From the NCBI GenBank assembly GCA_965203905.1, contig CBDBDQ010000005.1, positions 1,280,001-1,344,000 on the forward strand: DNA of 64,000 nt, given 5' to 3'. Positions 1-10,778 of the stretch are shown in pieces. The stretch comes from Spirochaetia bacterium (GTDB lineage: Bacteria > Spirochaetota > Spirochaetia > SZUA-6 > Bin103). The notes beneath the pieces are model-generated. The model searched no databases. It saw only the letters and a program-made list of their open reading frames with translations, and had not been told where the DNA came from. Position 1 is the stretch's first letter. Each line of letters begins with the position of its first letter. A program made the translations under genes and the position numbers.

Positions 1-206
1 GCGTCTGGCTGCAAGCGGAGACCCTGCGCTGGGAGGACGCCAGCCACCGGCTGTTCTCGGATCCCGAGGAGACGGTGGCGGTTACCCGCGACGACGGCTC
101 GCAGGTGACCGGGGTCGGTCTCCAGGTGGACGTGCGCCGCAAGACCATCCGGTTCTCGGGGCCCGTCAGCGGGACCCTGGTTGCGGAGACCGGGGCGGGG
201 GAGTAG
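1..206 (+). CDS. lptC: LptC-like LPS-export lipoprotein, 3' part (copy 1, runs off window start)
   Basis: Encodes VWLQAETLRWEDASHRLFS...IRFSGPVSGTLVAETGAGE*, near-identical to copies at 10167 and 12889. Confidence 0.75.
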   Translation, partial: VWLQAETLRWEDASHRLFSDPEETVAVTRDDGSQVTGVGLQVDVRRKTIRFSGPVSGTLVAETGAGE

Positions 207-376
207 GCGGAAGGCGCGGGGGCGGGGGGCGCGGCGAGGCGGTGTGCGGCCGCTACGGCAGTCGGTCATGCGCGCTAGGCGCCAATCGAGAACCGGGGGG
301 CGCTGGGACCGCCGGCGCAGCGCCTGCGCGGGCGTTGCGGCCCTACGGTGGAACGCACGGATGGACTGGCTCGACG

Positions 377-455
377 GCACCTGGGACCGGGCCATACGCA
401 CGCACGGCGAACCGGAGGTGTATCGGACGGGCACCGAGCGCGACGGTCACCCGCT
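377..455 (+). pseudogene. Papain-family (C1) peptidase fragment
   Basis: TWDRAIRTHGEPEVYRTGTERDGH matches the longer C1 fragment at 39820-39890. Confidence 0.55.
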
Positions 456-499
456 CTACCCGGAGGGATCTGAGTTGCTGCTGCATCATGCGTAACAGT

Positions 500-851
500 A
501 GAGGCAAAAGCCCGCGATAGGGTCGCCTCGCGGGGGATCGCGTGTATGCACTCCCTGCCGCACAGGGGGCGCAGCGCCCGGTCGTTGGCCAGCCCTCGCA
601 CAGCGCCCTGGAAGTGTCCATATGGAATTCTGCCTTGGCGATGAAGGCGTCGCCACCCGATCCAGTTGTGGGCGAGCGCGCAGCAGCCGGCTCCGGGCGA
701 TCGTCCAGTGCCACCCCGACAGCGGACTCGATGGTTACCCGCCCCGACGACCTGATTGCCACAGGCAACTCCGCCCGCAGGGTCTCGGCCAGATCGTCAT
801 CCGAAGCCACCGGTGGGGCCGGCAAGGCCGTCGCGAGGACTCCCGGCAGAC
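500..851 (-). pseudogene. Degenerate IS5/ISNCY-like (DUF772-type) transposase relic, interrupted by IS66; 5' part at ~3170-3265
   Basis: Frameshifted motifs AFIAKAEFHMDTSRAL and LANDRALRPLCGRE..IPREATLSRAFA; ALFPELTQ..RQFIR beyond the IS66. Confidence 0.5.
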
Positions 852-939
852 GTAAGCGTCCGGTAAACCCAGTCCGGTTGCGCGTCGGCACGGTCGGGGA
901 GTCCGCGACGGGGCCGGGACGGCGGATCCTGCGGAGCGT

Positions 940-2570
940 CTATGACGGAGGGGGCGCTGGCCGGGCAGTGGGCAGGAGCGAGAGGTAGTCGGCCTGGGTG
1001 CGAGCATGGGGCAGCTTCTCGAACAGCTCACGCAGATACCAGTAGGGCTCGCAGCCGTTGGCCTTGGCGGTCTCGATCAGGCTGTACAGGGTCGCGCTCG
1101 CAGCCGCGCCGCGCGGACTTCCAGAGAACAGCCAATTCTTGCGTCCCACCACGAACGGCCGGATCGCCTGCTCGCAGGCGTTGGTGTCCGGGGTGAGCTG
1201 CGCGTGTTCCAGATAGCGGATCAGCTTCGGCCACTGGCTCAAGGCGAAGGCGACCGCCTTGCCGAGCGCCGAGCCGGGCAGCACTTGACCGTGTTTCTTG
1301 TGCAGCCAGGCGTGCAGTTGCTCCAGCGGCGGCTCTACTTGGGCACGCCGCTCGGCGACAAAGCGCTCAGGATCCGCGGCACGATACTCGGATAACTCTG
1401 ACTCGGCGCGGTACAGCTTGGCGATGAAGCTCAGCGCCTGCAGTGCCGCACCAGCGCGGCTCGATACCTTGCCCAGCGCGTCGGCCGCCTCTTTGAACGG
1501 ACGCCGTACGTGCGCCCAACACCCCACGTGCCGGATCCCCGGCTGACTACACGGACGGTCGTAGGCTTCGTAGCCGTCGGTCTGCACGTAGCCCTGGTAG
1601 TCGCCGATGATCGCGGCAGCGACTTGTGCGCCGCGGCTCGGTTCATAGCGGTACACCAGCACCGGCTCTGACGGTGGGCCGCCGCGCGCCACCTATAGGT
1701 AGCTGATGGTGGTGTTGGCCCGCCCCGGTTCCTTCAGCACCTGCACCGTGGTCTCGTCAATCTGTAGTTCGGTCCGGCGCGCAGCTTGGCATGCAACGCC
1801 TCCAGCAACGGCACACAGGCGCCAGCGACCGCGATCATCCAGTCCGACATCGTGCGTCGTGACAGCTCCACCCCGAGGCGCGCGAACTGCTGCTCCTGCC
1901 GGTACAGCGGCAGCGCGTCGCAGAACTTGGCGGTGACGATGAACGCCAGCAGCCCCTCGCTGGCCAGCCCCTTCGGGATCAGCGCTGGCGGCGGCGGCGC
2001 TACCCGTACCGCAGGATGCTCCTCGTCGCCGGAGCCCTCGCAGTGATGGCAGGCGTACTTGGGCCGCACCGTGCGGATCACTTGCACCCGCGGCGGGATC
2101 ACGTCCAGCTTCTCCGAGCTCTCCTCGCCGATCCGCACCAAGCGGTGGCCACAGGCGCACTGCTGCTGTTCCTCGGGCAAGTCGATAATCCGCTCCACCC
2201 GCGGCAGCGACTGCGGCAGCGGCTTGCGCCGCGGCCGGCGGCGGGTTGCGGCCGCCGCTGGCTCCGGTGCCGGCTCATCCTCCGGCGCTTCGCGGTCGGC
2301 GCTGGCTTCAATCTCGTCGAACAGCCGCATCTGCAACCGCTCGGCGTCGCTGAGCTGTTCATTGCTGCGCCCGTACAGCTTGTTCTTGTACCAAGCCAAC
2401 TCTTCTTCGTAGAGCGCCAGCTTCTTGTTCAGTTCCTGGAGCTTGCTGTCCAGGTCACTGGTCCTGGTCTCCAGCTGACCGTTTTGCGCGGTCAACTCGT
2501 CCTTTTCCAGAATCAGTCGACGATTCTCCAAGCGCAACTGATCGCGTTCTTGGGCGACCGAAAGAGCATC
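940..2570 (-). pseudogene. tnpC: IS66 transposase TnpC, with frameshift near 1770, in-frame stop at 1693-1695 and start deleted
   Basis: LYGRSNE, RKPLP..LPR, CACGH zinc finger, KFCDALPLYRQ, QIDET, QTDGY, GCWAHVRR, DTNACEQAIR..GRKNWLF. Confidence 0.9.
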
Positions 2571-2773
2571 CACAGACAGAATTCCGTCCGATCCCAGTAC
2601 ACCGCCTTCAGCACCCGCCGCTGCCGGTTGCAGAACACGAACAGCGCCGGCTCGAACGGACTCAGCTGCATCTGCTCCTGCACCAGCAGCACCAGCCCGT
2701 TGATCTGCTTGCGCATATCGGTCGCTCCCGGCCGCACGAAGATCCGCGCCGTTCCCAGCTCCAGGTGGATCAC
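2513..2773 (-). pseudogene. tnpB: IS66 TnpB accessory protein, 3'-truncated by internal deletion
   Basis: IFVRPGATDMRKQINGL..LFVFCNRQRRVLKAVYWDRTEFCLW then runs directly into tnpC sequence. Confidence 0.85.
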
Positions 2774-3087
2774 CGATCGTCCTCCAGCGCCGCCAGCACC
2801 TCGCGTAGCTGCGCCGCTCGCACATTCGGCCACAGCTTCAGCAGGTAGCGCTTGCCCACCACCAGCTCGATCGCCGCGCCCGCCTCCGGACCACTGACCC
2901 GCTCCAGTTCCACCAGGCGCTGGGTCTCCGGCGCTGCCGGCTTTGCCGGCGCTGGCGATAGCTGAGCCGTCCAATAGCGCAGCGACCAATAGGACAGACC
3001 GTGCTCCTCGCAATATGCTTTTTTCGACTGTCCGCTGCGCCGCCACGCTGCTACCTGGCGGCTCCAATAGTCTCGCCCCTGTCTCAT
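2770..3087 (-). CDS. tnpA: IS66 TnpA HTH protein
   Basis: WSRQVAAWRRSGQSKKAYCEEHGLSYWSLRYW motif; first ORF inside the left IR. Confidence 0.9.
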   Translation of the reverse strand: MRQGRDYWSRQVAAWRRSGQSKKAYCEEHGLSYWSLRYWTAQLSPAPAKPAAPETQRLVELERVSGPEAGAAIELVVGKRYLLKLWPNVRAAQLREVLAALEDDR

Positions 3088-3295
3088 CGTTCGTCCCTCC
3101 GGGACGAAACAATGATCCGTCTATCTCAGGCTCGGTAAGGTGTGTTTTGGCGGACGCTTACCGGCAGACCGCTCAGGGCCGATGGATCATAGAGCGTAGC
3201 CTACCAATTCGGATGAACTGACGCCTGGTTCGCCGCTGCGTCAGCTCGGGGAATAGGGCGTGAATGCATGGAGGCTCCGAATCCGCAGCAGGCCC

Positions 3296-3445
3296 GATGA
3301 GCTCGGAGAGCACATACCGGAGACCGAGCTCATCGACGTTATACACACCATCGTGCGCGACGGAAGGGTGTTGGTGGAGTTCCACGCTCGATAGGTAAGG
3401 AACTTTCCCCGCTACGCCCCTACCGAGCTGGAAGCCGCGGTCTAT
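3296..3445 (+). pseudogene. Diverged lptC-like N-terminal fragment (copy 2)
   Basis: ELGEHIPETELIDVIHTIVRDGRVLVEFHAR*VRNFPRYAPTELEAAVY aligns to LLGHIPETELTEVTHTIVRNGRVAAEFRARQVRNFPR. Confidence 0.75.
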
Positions 3446-3997
3446 AGGCTTGACATATCCCGCATCGGTCCTGCAATCTTAATGTACACCTTCTTGCGAT
3501 GACGCAAGAAGGTGTGGGCGATGGCACTATTGAGTTGGGCTTGGTGGACGTGAGAGCGTCGCGTGTTTAGATCTATAAACCAGGCCGAGATTAAGCCATC
3601 TGTAAGATCGACGCGAATCGGAAGAGGTTATGTACGTAATAGTAATACGGCTGGATACTGGCGTAGCGGGTGCGCTAAGCAATCTTGTTACACACATTTC
3701 GAGCAACCTAAGGGCGAATAAGCTACCTGGATTTGGTGTTGCTACGATGGAGCCTCGAATGGCGATGTTCGCGGGTGACCGCAATTCAATTGGGTGCGGC
3801 TCTTTTAGGACGACCTCTATCTTCAGTTTGATGCGTTAATTGGGGGAGTTCTGTCGGACGCCCGGCGCTGGTTCAGCGGCATACGCTTGGGGAACGGGGC
3901 CATAGGCTGCCGTAGCCACGTATCGTGCTGACGGGCATAGCAAGGGGCTGGACAAAACCCCCACGACTCGGTACGGTGCCTCCGTTGTCAGCGGAGG

Positions 3998-4903
3998 GTG
4001 CCGATGAATGCCAACAACGAGGGCGTGCGCAGCGCCGGCAGAACGTTCAGTGAGGCTGAACTGCGGATCGTCTGCCAGATCGTTGCCGCCGGTGGCCGCC
4101 TCAGTCGTACGCAGTTGATGGTGCAGGTGTGTCGGCGGCTGCGCTGGCAGCGCCCGAACGGTGCGCTGAAGGTCCGCGAATGTCGTGATCTGTTTGCAAT
4201 GCTGCAGCGCAGCGGTCGCCTGCGCCTGCCGCCGAAGCGCAGCACCGGGCGCCCGCTGGGCTCGCACACCGAGGTGCCGTGCACGCCGGCTGGCGAGCCG
4301 GGGCGGCCAGTATGCGGCACCGTCGGGCAGTTCGGCAGCGTACACCTGGAGCCGGTCACGACTGCCGGCGAGCAGCGCTGGTGGCGGGAGCTGGTGGGCC
4401 GCTATCACTACCTGGGCTACCGGGTGCCGTTCGGTGCCCAACTGCGCTACCTGGCGTTCGTCAGCGAGCCCACCACGACGCTGGTGGCGGCGTTGCAACT
4501 GTCCTCGCCGGCGTGGCGGCTGGCGGCGCGCGAGCGCTGGATCGGCTGGGACGAACCGACTCGGACACGCAATCTGCAACGGGTGGTCAACAACAGTCGC
4601 TTCCTGGTGCTGCCGTGGGTCCGGGTGAAGAACTTGGCCAGCCGCCTGCTGGCGCTGCTGGCCGGGCGGCTGGCTGCCGATTGGCAGCAGCGGTTCGCGG
4701 TCGAGCCGCTGCTGCTGGAGACGCTGGTGGATAGCGGTCGCTTTGCCGGCACCTGCTACCGGGCTGCCAACTGGATCGAGTTGGGCGCCACGGCAGGTCG
4801 GGGACGCATGGACCGCGCCCATACCCGTCATGGGCAAGCGCCGAAGCGGGTTCTGGTGTATCCTCTGGTGGCCGACGCGCAACGCCGGCTGGCGCAGGGC
4901 TGA
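3998..4903 (+). CDS. DUF4338 (Druantia DruA-like) domain protein
   Basis: YHYLG..FGAQLRY, RERWIGW, VNNSRFLVLPWV..KNLAS, LLETLVD..RFAGTCYRAANW..LG.TAGRGR. Confidence 0.88.
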   Translation: MPMNANNEGVRSAGRTFSEAELRIVCQIVAAGGRLSRTQLMVQVCRRLRWQRPNGALKVRECRDLFAMLQRSGRLRLPPKRSTGRPLGSHTEVPCTPAGEPGRPVCGTVGQFGSVHLEPVTTAGEQRWWRELVGRYHYLGYRVPFGAQLRYLAFVSEPTTTLVAALQLSSPAWRLAARERWIGWDEPTRTRNLQRVVNNSRFLVLPWVRVKNLASRLLALLAGRLAADWQQRFAVEPLLLETLVDSGRFAGTCYRAANWIELGATAGRGRMDRAHTRHGQAPKRVLVYPLVADAQRRLAQG

Positions 4904-6517
4904 GTGATGGGCGCTCCTCAGGCGTGGGCGAGTGAGCCGGCCGCCGACCCCTTCGCTGCCACGCGGGCGCGGTTCGAGCACCTGCTGCGAATAGCCAACG
5001 ACGTAGAGACGCGACAGATGAAGCACAGTGACCTGGAGCGACTGCTGACCAGCGAAGGTCAGGAACTGTTACGGCAACTCTACCAGAACTGTCTTGACCA
5101 GCAGGCCGAGGCGCAGGTCAGCGCAGAGGTGGTGGATGCGCAAGGCCAGCCGCGCACGCGCCAGCGGACCCAGCAGCGCCAGTTGGAGACGATCTTCGGC
5201 ACCGTCCAGGTAGCGCGCACCGGCTACGGGGCGGAGGGGCAAGCGAGCCTGCATCCGCTGGATGCGCAGTTGAACCTTCCCGCCGAGCGCTACTCGCTGG
5301 AGGTGCGGCGGCGAGTAGCGCTGGAAGCATCGAAGAACTCGTTTGACGAGACGGTGGAGACGCTCAATCGCTGCACCGGTGCCAAGATCGGCAAGCGGCA
5401 GGTGGAAGAACTGGTCAGTCGGGCGGCGCAGGACTTCGACGCCTTCTACCAGCAGCGGCGCCAGCAAGCGTCTGCGGAGCAGACGGTCGCCGACCACGGA
5501 GCGGTCGCGCCGCAGGCGACTGAGGATGCCCTGCTGGTGATCACCAGCGACGCCAAGGGCGTGGTCATGCACCAGCAGGACCTGCGACCTGCCACGCGCG
5601 CGGCCAGCGAGCGCACGGCGCGTGGCAAGCTGGCCACGCGCCTGAGCAAGGGCGAGAAACGCAACCGCAAGCGCATGGCCACGGTGGCGGTCGTCTACTC
5701 GGTGGCCGCCCACGTGCGCACGCCGCAGCAGATGCTGGCGCTGCTGGCGCGCGCTGAGGACGCCGAGCAGCAACGCTCGCCGCCGCGACCGCGACCGCAG
5801 CACAAGCGCGTGTGGGCGAGTCTGAAGCAGGAACCTCGGCAGATGTTGCAGGAGGCGTTCCGAGAAGCGCGCGAGCGCGATCCGCAGCAGCAGCAGACCT
5901 GGGTCGCGGTGGTCGACGGCAACCGGACGCAGTTGGACCTCCTGGCAGAGTTGGCCGCGCACCACGGGGTGCAGGTGACCATCGTGCTGGACATCTTTCA
6001 CGTGCTCGAATACCTGTGGAAAGCCGGCCACGCCCTGGAGGCCGAAGGCAGCCAACGGTTGGAGCAGTGGGTCTTGCAGCGCCTGGGACGTATCCTGGAA
6101 GGCCGCGCCCGCTCGGTGGCTGCCGGCATGCGCCGGAGCGCCACCAGGCGCCGCCTGACGAAGCGGCAGCGGCGACCGATCGACCAGTGCGCCAACTACC
6201 TGCTGAAGTACCAGGGCTACCTGGCCTACGACCGCTACCTGGCCGCTGGGCTGCCGATTGGCTCGGGCGTCGTCGAAGGCGCCTGCCGGCACTTGGTCAA
6301 CGACCGCCTTGGCATTACCGGTGCGCGCTGGCGACTACGCTCGGCCGAAGCGGTACTGCGCCTCAGGGCGCTGCGCAGCAGCGGCGATTTCGACGCCTAC
6401 TGGACGTTCCACGAGCAGCAGGAGTGGGAGCGTACCCACCGCCAACGTTACGCTGAAGGCAACGTGCCGTCGCTGGAACACCCGAACCCCGTGCCGCACC
6501 TGAGACTCGTCCGGTAG
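4904..6517 (+). CDS. ISKra4-family DDE transposase
   Basis: LETIFG.V.V.R.GY, PLDAQLNLP..YS, SDAKGVVM, VDGN, LDIFHVLEYLWKA, GLPIGSGVVEGACRHLVNDRL..TGARW. Confidence 0.92.
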   Translation: MMGAPQAWASEPAADPFAATRARFEHLLRIANDVETRQMKHSDLERLLTSEGQELLRQLYQNCLDQQAEAQVSAEVVDAQGQPRTRQRTQQRQLETIFGTVQVARTGYGAEGQASLHPLDAQLNLPAERYSLEVRRRVALEASKNSFDETVETLNRCTGAKIGKRQVEELVSRAAQDFDAFYQQRRQQASAEQTVADHGAVAPQATEDALLVITSDAKGVVMHQQDLRPATRAASERTARGKLATRLSKGEKRNRKRMATVAVVYSVAAHVRTPQQMLALLARAEDAEQQRSPPRPRPQHKRVWASLKQEPRQMLQEAFREARERDPQQQQTWVAVVDGNRTQLDLLAELAAHHGVQVTIVLDIFHVLEYLWKAGHALEAEGSQRLEQWVLQRLGRILEGRARSVAAGMRRSATRRRLTKRQRRPIDQCANYLLKYQGYLAYDRYLAAGLPIGSGVVEGACRHLVNDRLGITGARWRLRSAEAVLRLRALRSSGDFDAYWTFHEQQEWERTHRQRYAEGNVPSLEHPNPVPHLRLVR

Positions 6518-6928
6518 CGCCCCAGCTTTCCAGCGCTCACCTGCGCCCGCCACCCGCCGCCTGCGTACCGGCTCATCTGCGTCCGTCACGCTCCTGACTT
6601 AACTTGCCGTCCGCAGCCCCCATCGCAACGCGGAATCCCCGCCGTAGCCAGGAGTAATACATGCTCTCCCCACCACGCCTATGCCCTCCCCCGCGTCGTC
6701 GCAAAAGAGCCGCACCCAATTCAATTGAGGGTATTAAAGGGCTACTCGAGGCGAATCCGGTGAGCGGCGTGGCGCAAGTCTTTGATTTCGGAAAATTGAG
6801 CCATACTTTCCGCTTTTGATATTCGAAGCCCTTGAATGAGGACGGCTGCACGGTCGAATGTTCCGCCGATGTACTTGTCGAGTCGTGGCACTCTGAGTCG
6901 AGGATGCAAGGTTGTTCGAGGAAGGACA

Positions 6929-7340
6929 TCAAGTGGCATTCACGGCGTCGGGATCTTCGTTTTCACACTGCCAGATGCGCTCGGCCAAGCGCGGCCACTC
7001 GGACTTGGGCAGCTCGAGGGTGCCGAGGCTCAAGACCAGTCGCTGGCGTGGGCCTTTATCGGTGCGTACCGACTCCAGGAGGCGGTGATAGGTGTAGGAG
7101 CGACCGTTGCGGGAGACCTTGAGCTGACCGATGAACACGCACCTGGAAGATACCAGAGGGGTGAAGATGAGTCAACGCCTTGGTCTCACCAGAATACAAA
7201 TCCATGTGAGTTATAACTACACGCGACATATCCGTCCGCTGGCACCGATCTTCTCGCCCTCAGGCGCTCCTTTCACCGGTATCTCCACCAAATCGCGCCA
7301 CCTTTCTCCAAAAAATGATCAACTTGCGCTAGTTACGGGC
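6929..7340 (-). mobile_element. IS1634-family remnant: left end plus transposase N-terminus (ORF 6929-7138)
   Basis: MFI....RNGRSYTYHRLLESVRTDKGPRQRLVLSLG is the typical IS1634 N-terminus; truncated after ~55 aa. Confidence 0.75.
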
Positions 7341-7605
7341 AGCTCGTGACCGGAGGTCATCTTACCCAGAATCTGCTGTCGCGGCTTACGATGTCCCCTA
7401 TGTGGCCATACGCGATCCAGTTCACCGGATCGCTACCTTCGCAACATGTGCATTATAATGGCCGTTCGGACAGTTTCTCTATCGTGGTCGTCGGAGTCGC
7501 GAGTCCCGGCGCACGTATCAACCTGGGAACCAGGACCGGTTTGAATGGGAGCCCGTACCGCCGACTAGTGCGCTCTTCCGACCTTCAGCGAATAGCTTCT
7601 GTGCA

Positions 7606-8754
7606 CTATCCATCGTGAAGACGGATAGTCTGTATCAACTCGTCAGCTACTCGGCTTGCCAATTGTCGGCGAACTCCATCTAACTCTTCCTTCGTTCTGG
7701 CTGTGAACTCGCATTGACTACCACCGATCTTTCTTGCCGACGACACCGTCTCCTGGTAGGACGGTGTGAGCTTCGGCGGATCCTGTCCGAACCGTCGTTC
7801 TCTCTCACTCTCGGTATTAAGTTGTGCGACGCGCCGCCGCAATTGTGCGCAATTCGAACAAGTGCGCTCATACGTAACCTCAAATACGACTCCAGCGTTA
7901 TTGTCCTCTTGATCAATCTCAGTAACCTTATGACTACCTATCCATACGACATTTCCTGTGGCTACCTCAATGAGCTTCGCGTCTAAGGAGGCTTGCGCGA
8001 AGTCGCAGTTGTAGTAGCCGAATGACTCGTTGGTGAACTTGGTTTCTACTGCCCGATATTGGTCAGCGAAATCCCTTAGACTAGCATTTGAGAGCAGGTT
8101 AACTGACTCCGATCTTCGTTCAAGCGGAGAGAACTTGCTGATCTGCAAGATGAAATCGGCACGTACTTCCGTTGCACTCGCGGCCCGTATCACTTCCGAA
8201 GTATCAATTAGATGGCCCTGTCCGGCCCTCTCAATCTGTAATTTGCTGCGAAGTTCACGTACACGATCTGCAAACTCATCTTGTGTTATTTCCTCCTTCT
8301 CTAGTTGACTCCGTAGGTCCTGGTATGCCGGTCCAAGAACCGAGTCGTCAGCAAGACCATCGTCGCGTAAATCGCGCAGAATGGCCTCGAACTTGGCTCT
8401 ATCTTTCACAACGAAGCCCCCTACAAGTAGCTGTTTTTCCATCGCTCGCTCAGCAACATTGAAGTATCCGGACGTGCTGAACTCGTCTGCGTTGGTTGCT
8501 TCAGAAGCCTCCGAAGCGACGCGAAGTCTCGGAACGTCTATAACAACGCTACTTCCGCGCAAAATCCTGGCAACGGGCGACGAGACCGAGTTCTCACTGG
8601 CGTCCGAGATCGGGCTGGTAACAAGCCGAAATTCTACTCTTTCTCGCTGGTCTGGATCGTAGCTCGGCATCTTCACGGGCGGCGCCATCGGAGTAGCGCA
8701 ACACATGATCATGATTGCCGCAGGTATCGAGAGGGCTACTTTCAGATTTGGCAT
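7606..8754 (-). CDS. Predicted lipoprotein, possibly CsgG/LpoB-like
   Basis: AAGGAG RBS, signal peptide ending IMCC, GGFVVKDRAK..ADFIL..ASLDAKLIEVATGNVVW; lower GC than flanks. Confidence 0.6.
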   Translation of the reverse strand: MPNLKVALSIPAAIMIMCCATPMAPPVKMPSYDPDQRERVEFRLVTSPISDASENSVSSPVARILRGSSVVIDVPRLRVASEASEATNADEFSTSGYFNVAERAMEKQLLVGGFVVKDRAKFEAILRDLRDDGLADDSVLGPAYQDLRSQLEKEEITQDEFADRVRELRSKLQIERAGQGHLIDTSEVIRAASATEVRADFILQISKFSPLERRSESVNLLSNASLRDFADQYRAVETKFTNESFGYYNCDFAQASLDAKLIEVATGNVVWIGSHKVTEIDQEDNNAGVVFEVTYERTCSNCAQLRRRVAQLNTESERERRFGQDPPKLTPSYQETVSSARKIGGSQCEFTARTKEELDGVRRQLASRVADELIQTIRLHDG

Positions 8755-9313
8755 TTGACTCTCCTTGCTAACGCAGTAAGTCTTGGAACTCAACTGCACG
8801 CTGAGTACTTTGTGGGACAGATGTTGCTGCCGCCAGGATCATCGCCACGACCAGCGCGGGTACGGCGGTATGGCGCCCTTGGGCATCTGGGGCGTGGGTA
8901 GGGCCTCACGACGCGACACGACGCGGGTCGGCGGTACAGGGTAGTTGGGCGGGAGAGCGGATGTCTGGGACGGTAGCGGGATAATTGGGAACAGGAGATT
9001 GACCCTGTCGCGAATTCGCACAGGGGGCGCGCGGTGACCAGCCCCGCAGCCTGCGCGGGTTCGGGTTCGCATCCTATGCCTGCTCGCCTTCCCCTCATGC
9101 ACAAGACTCCCTTCCAGCTCGACCCCACGCCCCTCCGCGCCTTGCCTCCGTGCACTCGTGCGGATCAAACGGCCCCACCCGATCAGAATATGCGATCTGG
9201 TGGCGCACTATCCAGGAGATGCAAGTGGACCCGTGTAGCGTTTGAAATTAACTCAGCTGCCCACACCCCGTACCAGCGGCGTCGACCCAACCGAATCTCC
9301 CCGTGAAACCACT

Positions 9314-9865
9314 TCAACCAGGCGGGATAACCACTACCTTTAGGCGGTACCCGGCTATTACGGCCACGCCCGCCTGAATCGCGGATGGCGTACCCGTCAT
9401 CTGGACAGCGATTACACCTTGGCTGTAAGCGTATGTCGTACTGAGAATTACGTTGTCAGAGAACTGGAACACCTCCGGTAGCGCATACCATGATCTACCG
9501 CCACCAAGATCATAGTACGCCTCGACTACTCCAGAGCTGGCCGCTTCCGCGGTTATCTCTGGCACGTTGTACAGTGCCGTGGCGACCTCGCCACTCGCGG
9601 ATATAGAGAAATCGCTGCTGGATATCAGAAACAGACGACTTGCTACGGCAATGCCGGTCTGCCCCGGTTCCCCCTGAGGACCAGAGGGTCCCTGCGGCCC
9701 ACGTGGACCGGTCTGCCCTGGTAGGCCCATCGGACCGCGTTCGCCCTGCTCGCCTTGCGGCCCGGCTGGCCCGCGAGGCCCCTCCATCGGCTCGCACGCG
9801 ACAATCAAAACGGATATGGCGATCGCCGCCAGCACGGCGACCCTTCTTTGTAGCGCAGCTGTCAT
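9314..9865 (-). CDS. Collagen-like lipoprotein
   Basis: Lipobox LIVAC followed by ~14 uninterrupted Gly-X-Y triplets ([12 protein letters not shown]...) and a globular C-terminal domain. Confidence 0.85.
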   Translation of the reverse strand: MTAALQRRVAVLAAIAISVLIVACEPMEGPRGPAGPQGEQGERGPMGLPGQTGPRGPQGPSGPQGEPGQTGIAVASRLFLISSSDFSISASGEVATALYNVPEITAEAASSGVVEAYYDLGGGRSWYALPEVFQFSDNVILSTTYAYSQGVIAVQMTGTPSAIQAGVAVIAGYRLKVVVIPPG

Positions 9866-10166
9866 TCTGCCCCCTGTGTCCTGGCACGGCACAAAGGTGC
9901 CGAGCCGTCGCAGAGAAGGCCGCCACACCTGACCCACAGCATATCCTTGGTACTCGCTCCCCGGCCGGAGTAGCGACTCCCCGCCGTCTGGAGGTTGTAT
10001 TCGGCCAGTGACCGGCATGACGCGCATCACACTAGCCTCCTCTGCGCCATCAAGGGTAAATGCTTACAGCCGGCTCGTAAAGCAGCAGCCGGAGCGCTTC
10101 GCTCGGCGCAGGTGGTTCTGGTTGTTGGTGGCGATGCAACCCGTGCCCCAGGTCGCGGCAAGGTTC

Positions 10167-10778
10167 ATGTTGCCGGGCTCGCCGCTCCGGATCGGCAGGA
10201 ACGGGACGGCGGGCGGCGGCCGGAGCAGGGCGGCCGTCACCCTGTTCGCCGCCCTGCTGACCGCATGCAGCTTCGAATACTCCGATGCCGACGCAGCACC
10301 CACGCAACTGCTTGGGCACATTCCCGAGACCGAGCTCACCGAGGTAACCCACGCCATCGTCCGCAACGGCCGCGTAGCGGCCGAGTTCCGCGCCCGGCAG
10401 GTGCGCAACTTCCCCCGCGCCGGCCGTACGGAGTTGGATGACGTGCTCTACCACGAGTACGACCGCAACGGCATTCTGGTGACCGTCGGCAACGCCGAGC
10501 GCGCCGTGTACTACACCGAGCGCGAGGACGCCGAGCTGGCCGGCGCGATCCGCTTGCGCTCCCAGTCGCAGGGCGTCTGGCTGGAAGCGGAGACCCTGCG
10601 CTGGGAGGACGCCAGTCACCGGCTGTCCTCGGGCCCGGAGGAGACCGTGGCGGTTACCCGCGACGACGGCTCGCAGGTGACCGGCGTCGGTCTCCAGGTC
10701 GACGTGCGCCGCAAGACCATCCGCTTCTCGGGACCCGTCAGCGGGACCCTGGTCGCCGAGACCGGGGCGGGGGAGTAG
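10167..10778 (+). CDS. lptC: LptC-like LPS-export lipoprotein (copy 3, intact)
   Basis: Lipobox LLTAC-SFEY; beta-jellyroll-like pattern LEAETLRW..V.VTRDDGSQVTGVGLQVD..F.GPVSG typical of spirochaete LptC. Confidence 0.75.
   Translation: MLPGSPLRIGRNGTAGGGRSRAAVTLFAALLTACSFEYSDADAAPTQLLGHIPETELTEVTHAIVRNGRVAAEFRARQVRNFPRAGRTELDDVLYHEYDRNGILVTVGNAERAVYYTEREDAELAGAIRLRSQSQGVWLEAETLRWEDASHRLSSGPEETVAVTRDDGSQVTGVGLQVDVRRKTIRFSGPVSGTLVAETGAGE

Larger units (their letters stand above)
852..3161 (-). mobile_element. IS66-family insertion sequence (defective)
   Basis: Terminal IRs GTAAGCGTCC (852) and GGACGCTTAC (3161); 8-bp TSD CGGCAGAC at 844-851 and 3162-3169; tnpA-tnpB-tnpC order. Confidence 0.95.
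3792..6717 (+). mobile_element. ISKra4-family (IS256/Mutator superfamily) element with DUF4338 passenger
   Basis: IRs GGGTGCGGCTCTTTT / AAAAGAGCCGCACCC; 9-bp TSD AATTCAATT at 3783-3791 and 6718-6726. Confidence 0.92.
3630..6819 (+). pseudogene. Small low-GC ORF (~84 aa) split by the ISKra4 insertion (3630-3791 joined to 6727-6819)
   Basis: Removing the IS and one TSD restores MYVIVIRLDTG...FAGDRNSIEGIKGLLEANPVSGVAQVFDFGKLSHTFRF*; GAGG RBS upstream. Confidence 0.7.

Noticed and set aside
3998-4903. Complete Druantia defence system
   Set aside because: Only a DUF4338 gene inside an IS; no DruE helicase or other dru genes.
8820-9310. Possible ncRNA or tRNA in this intergenic region
   Set aside because: No cloverleaf or recognisable RNA family motif.
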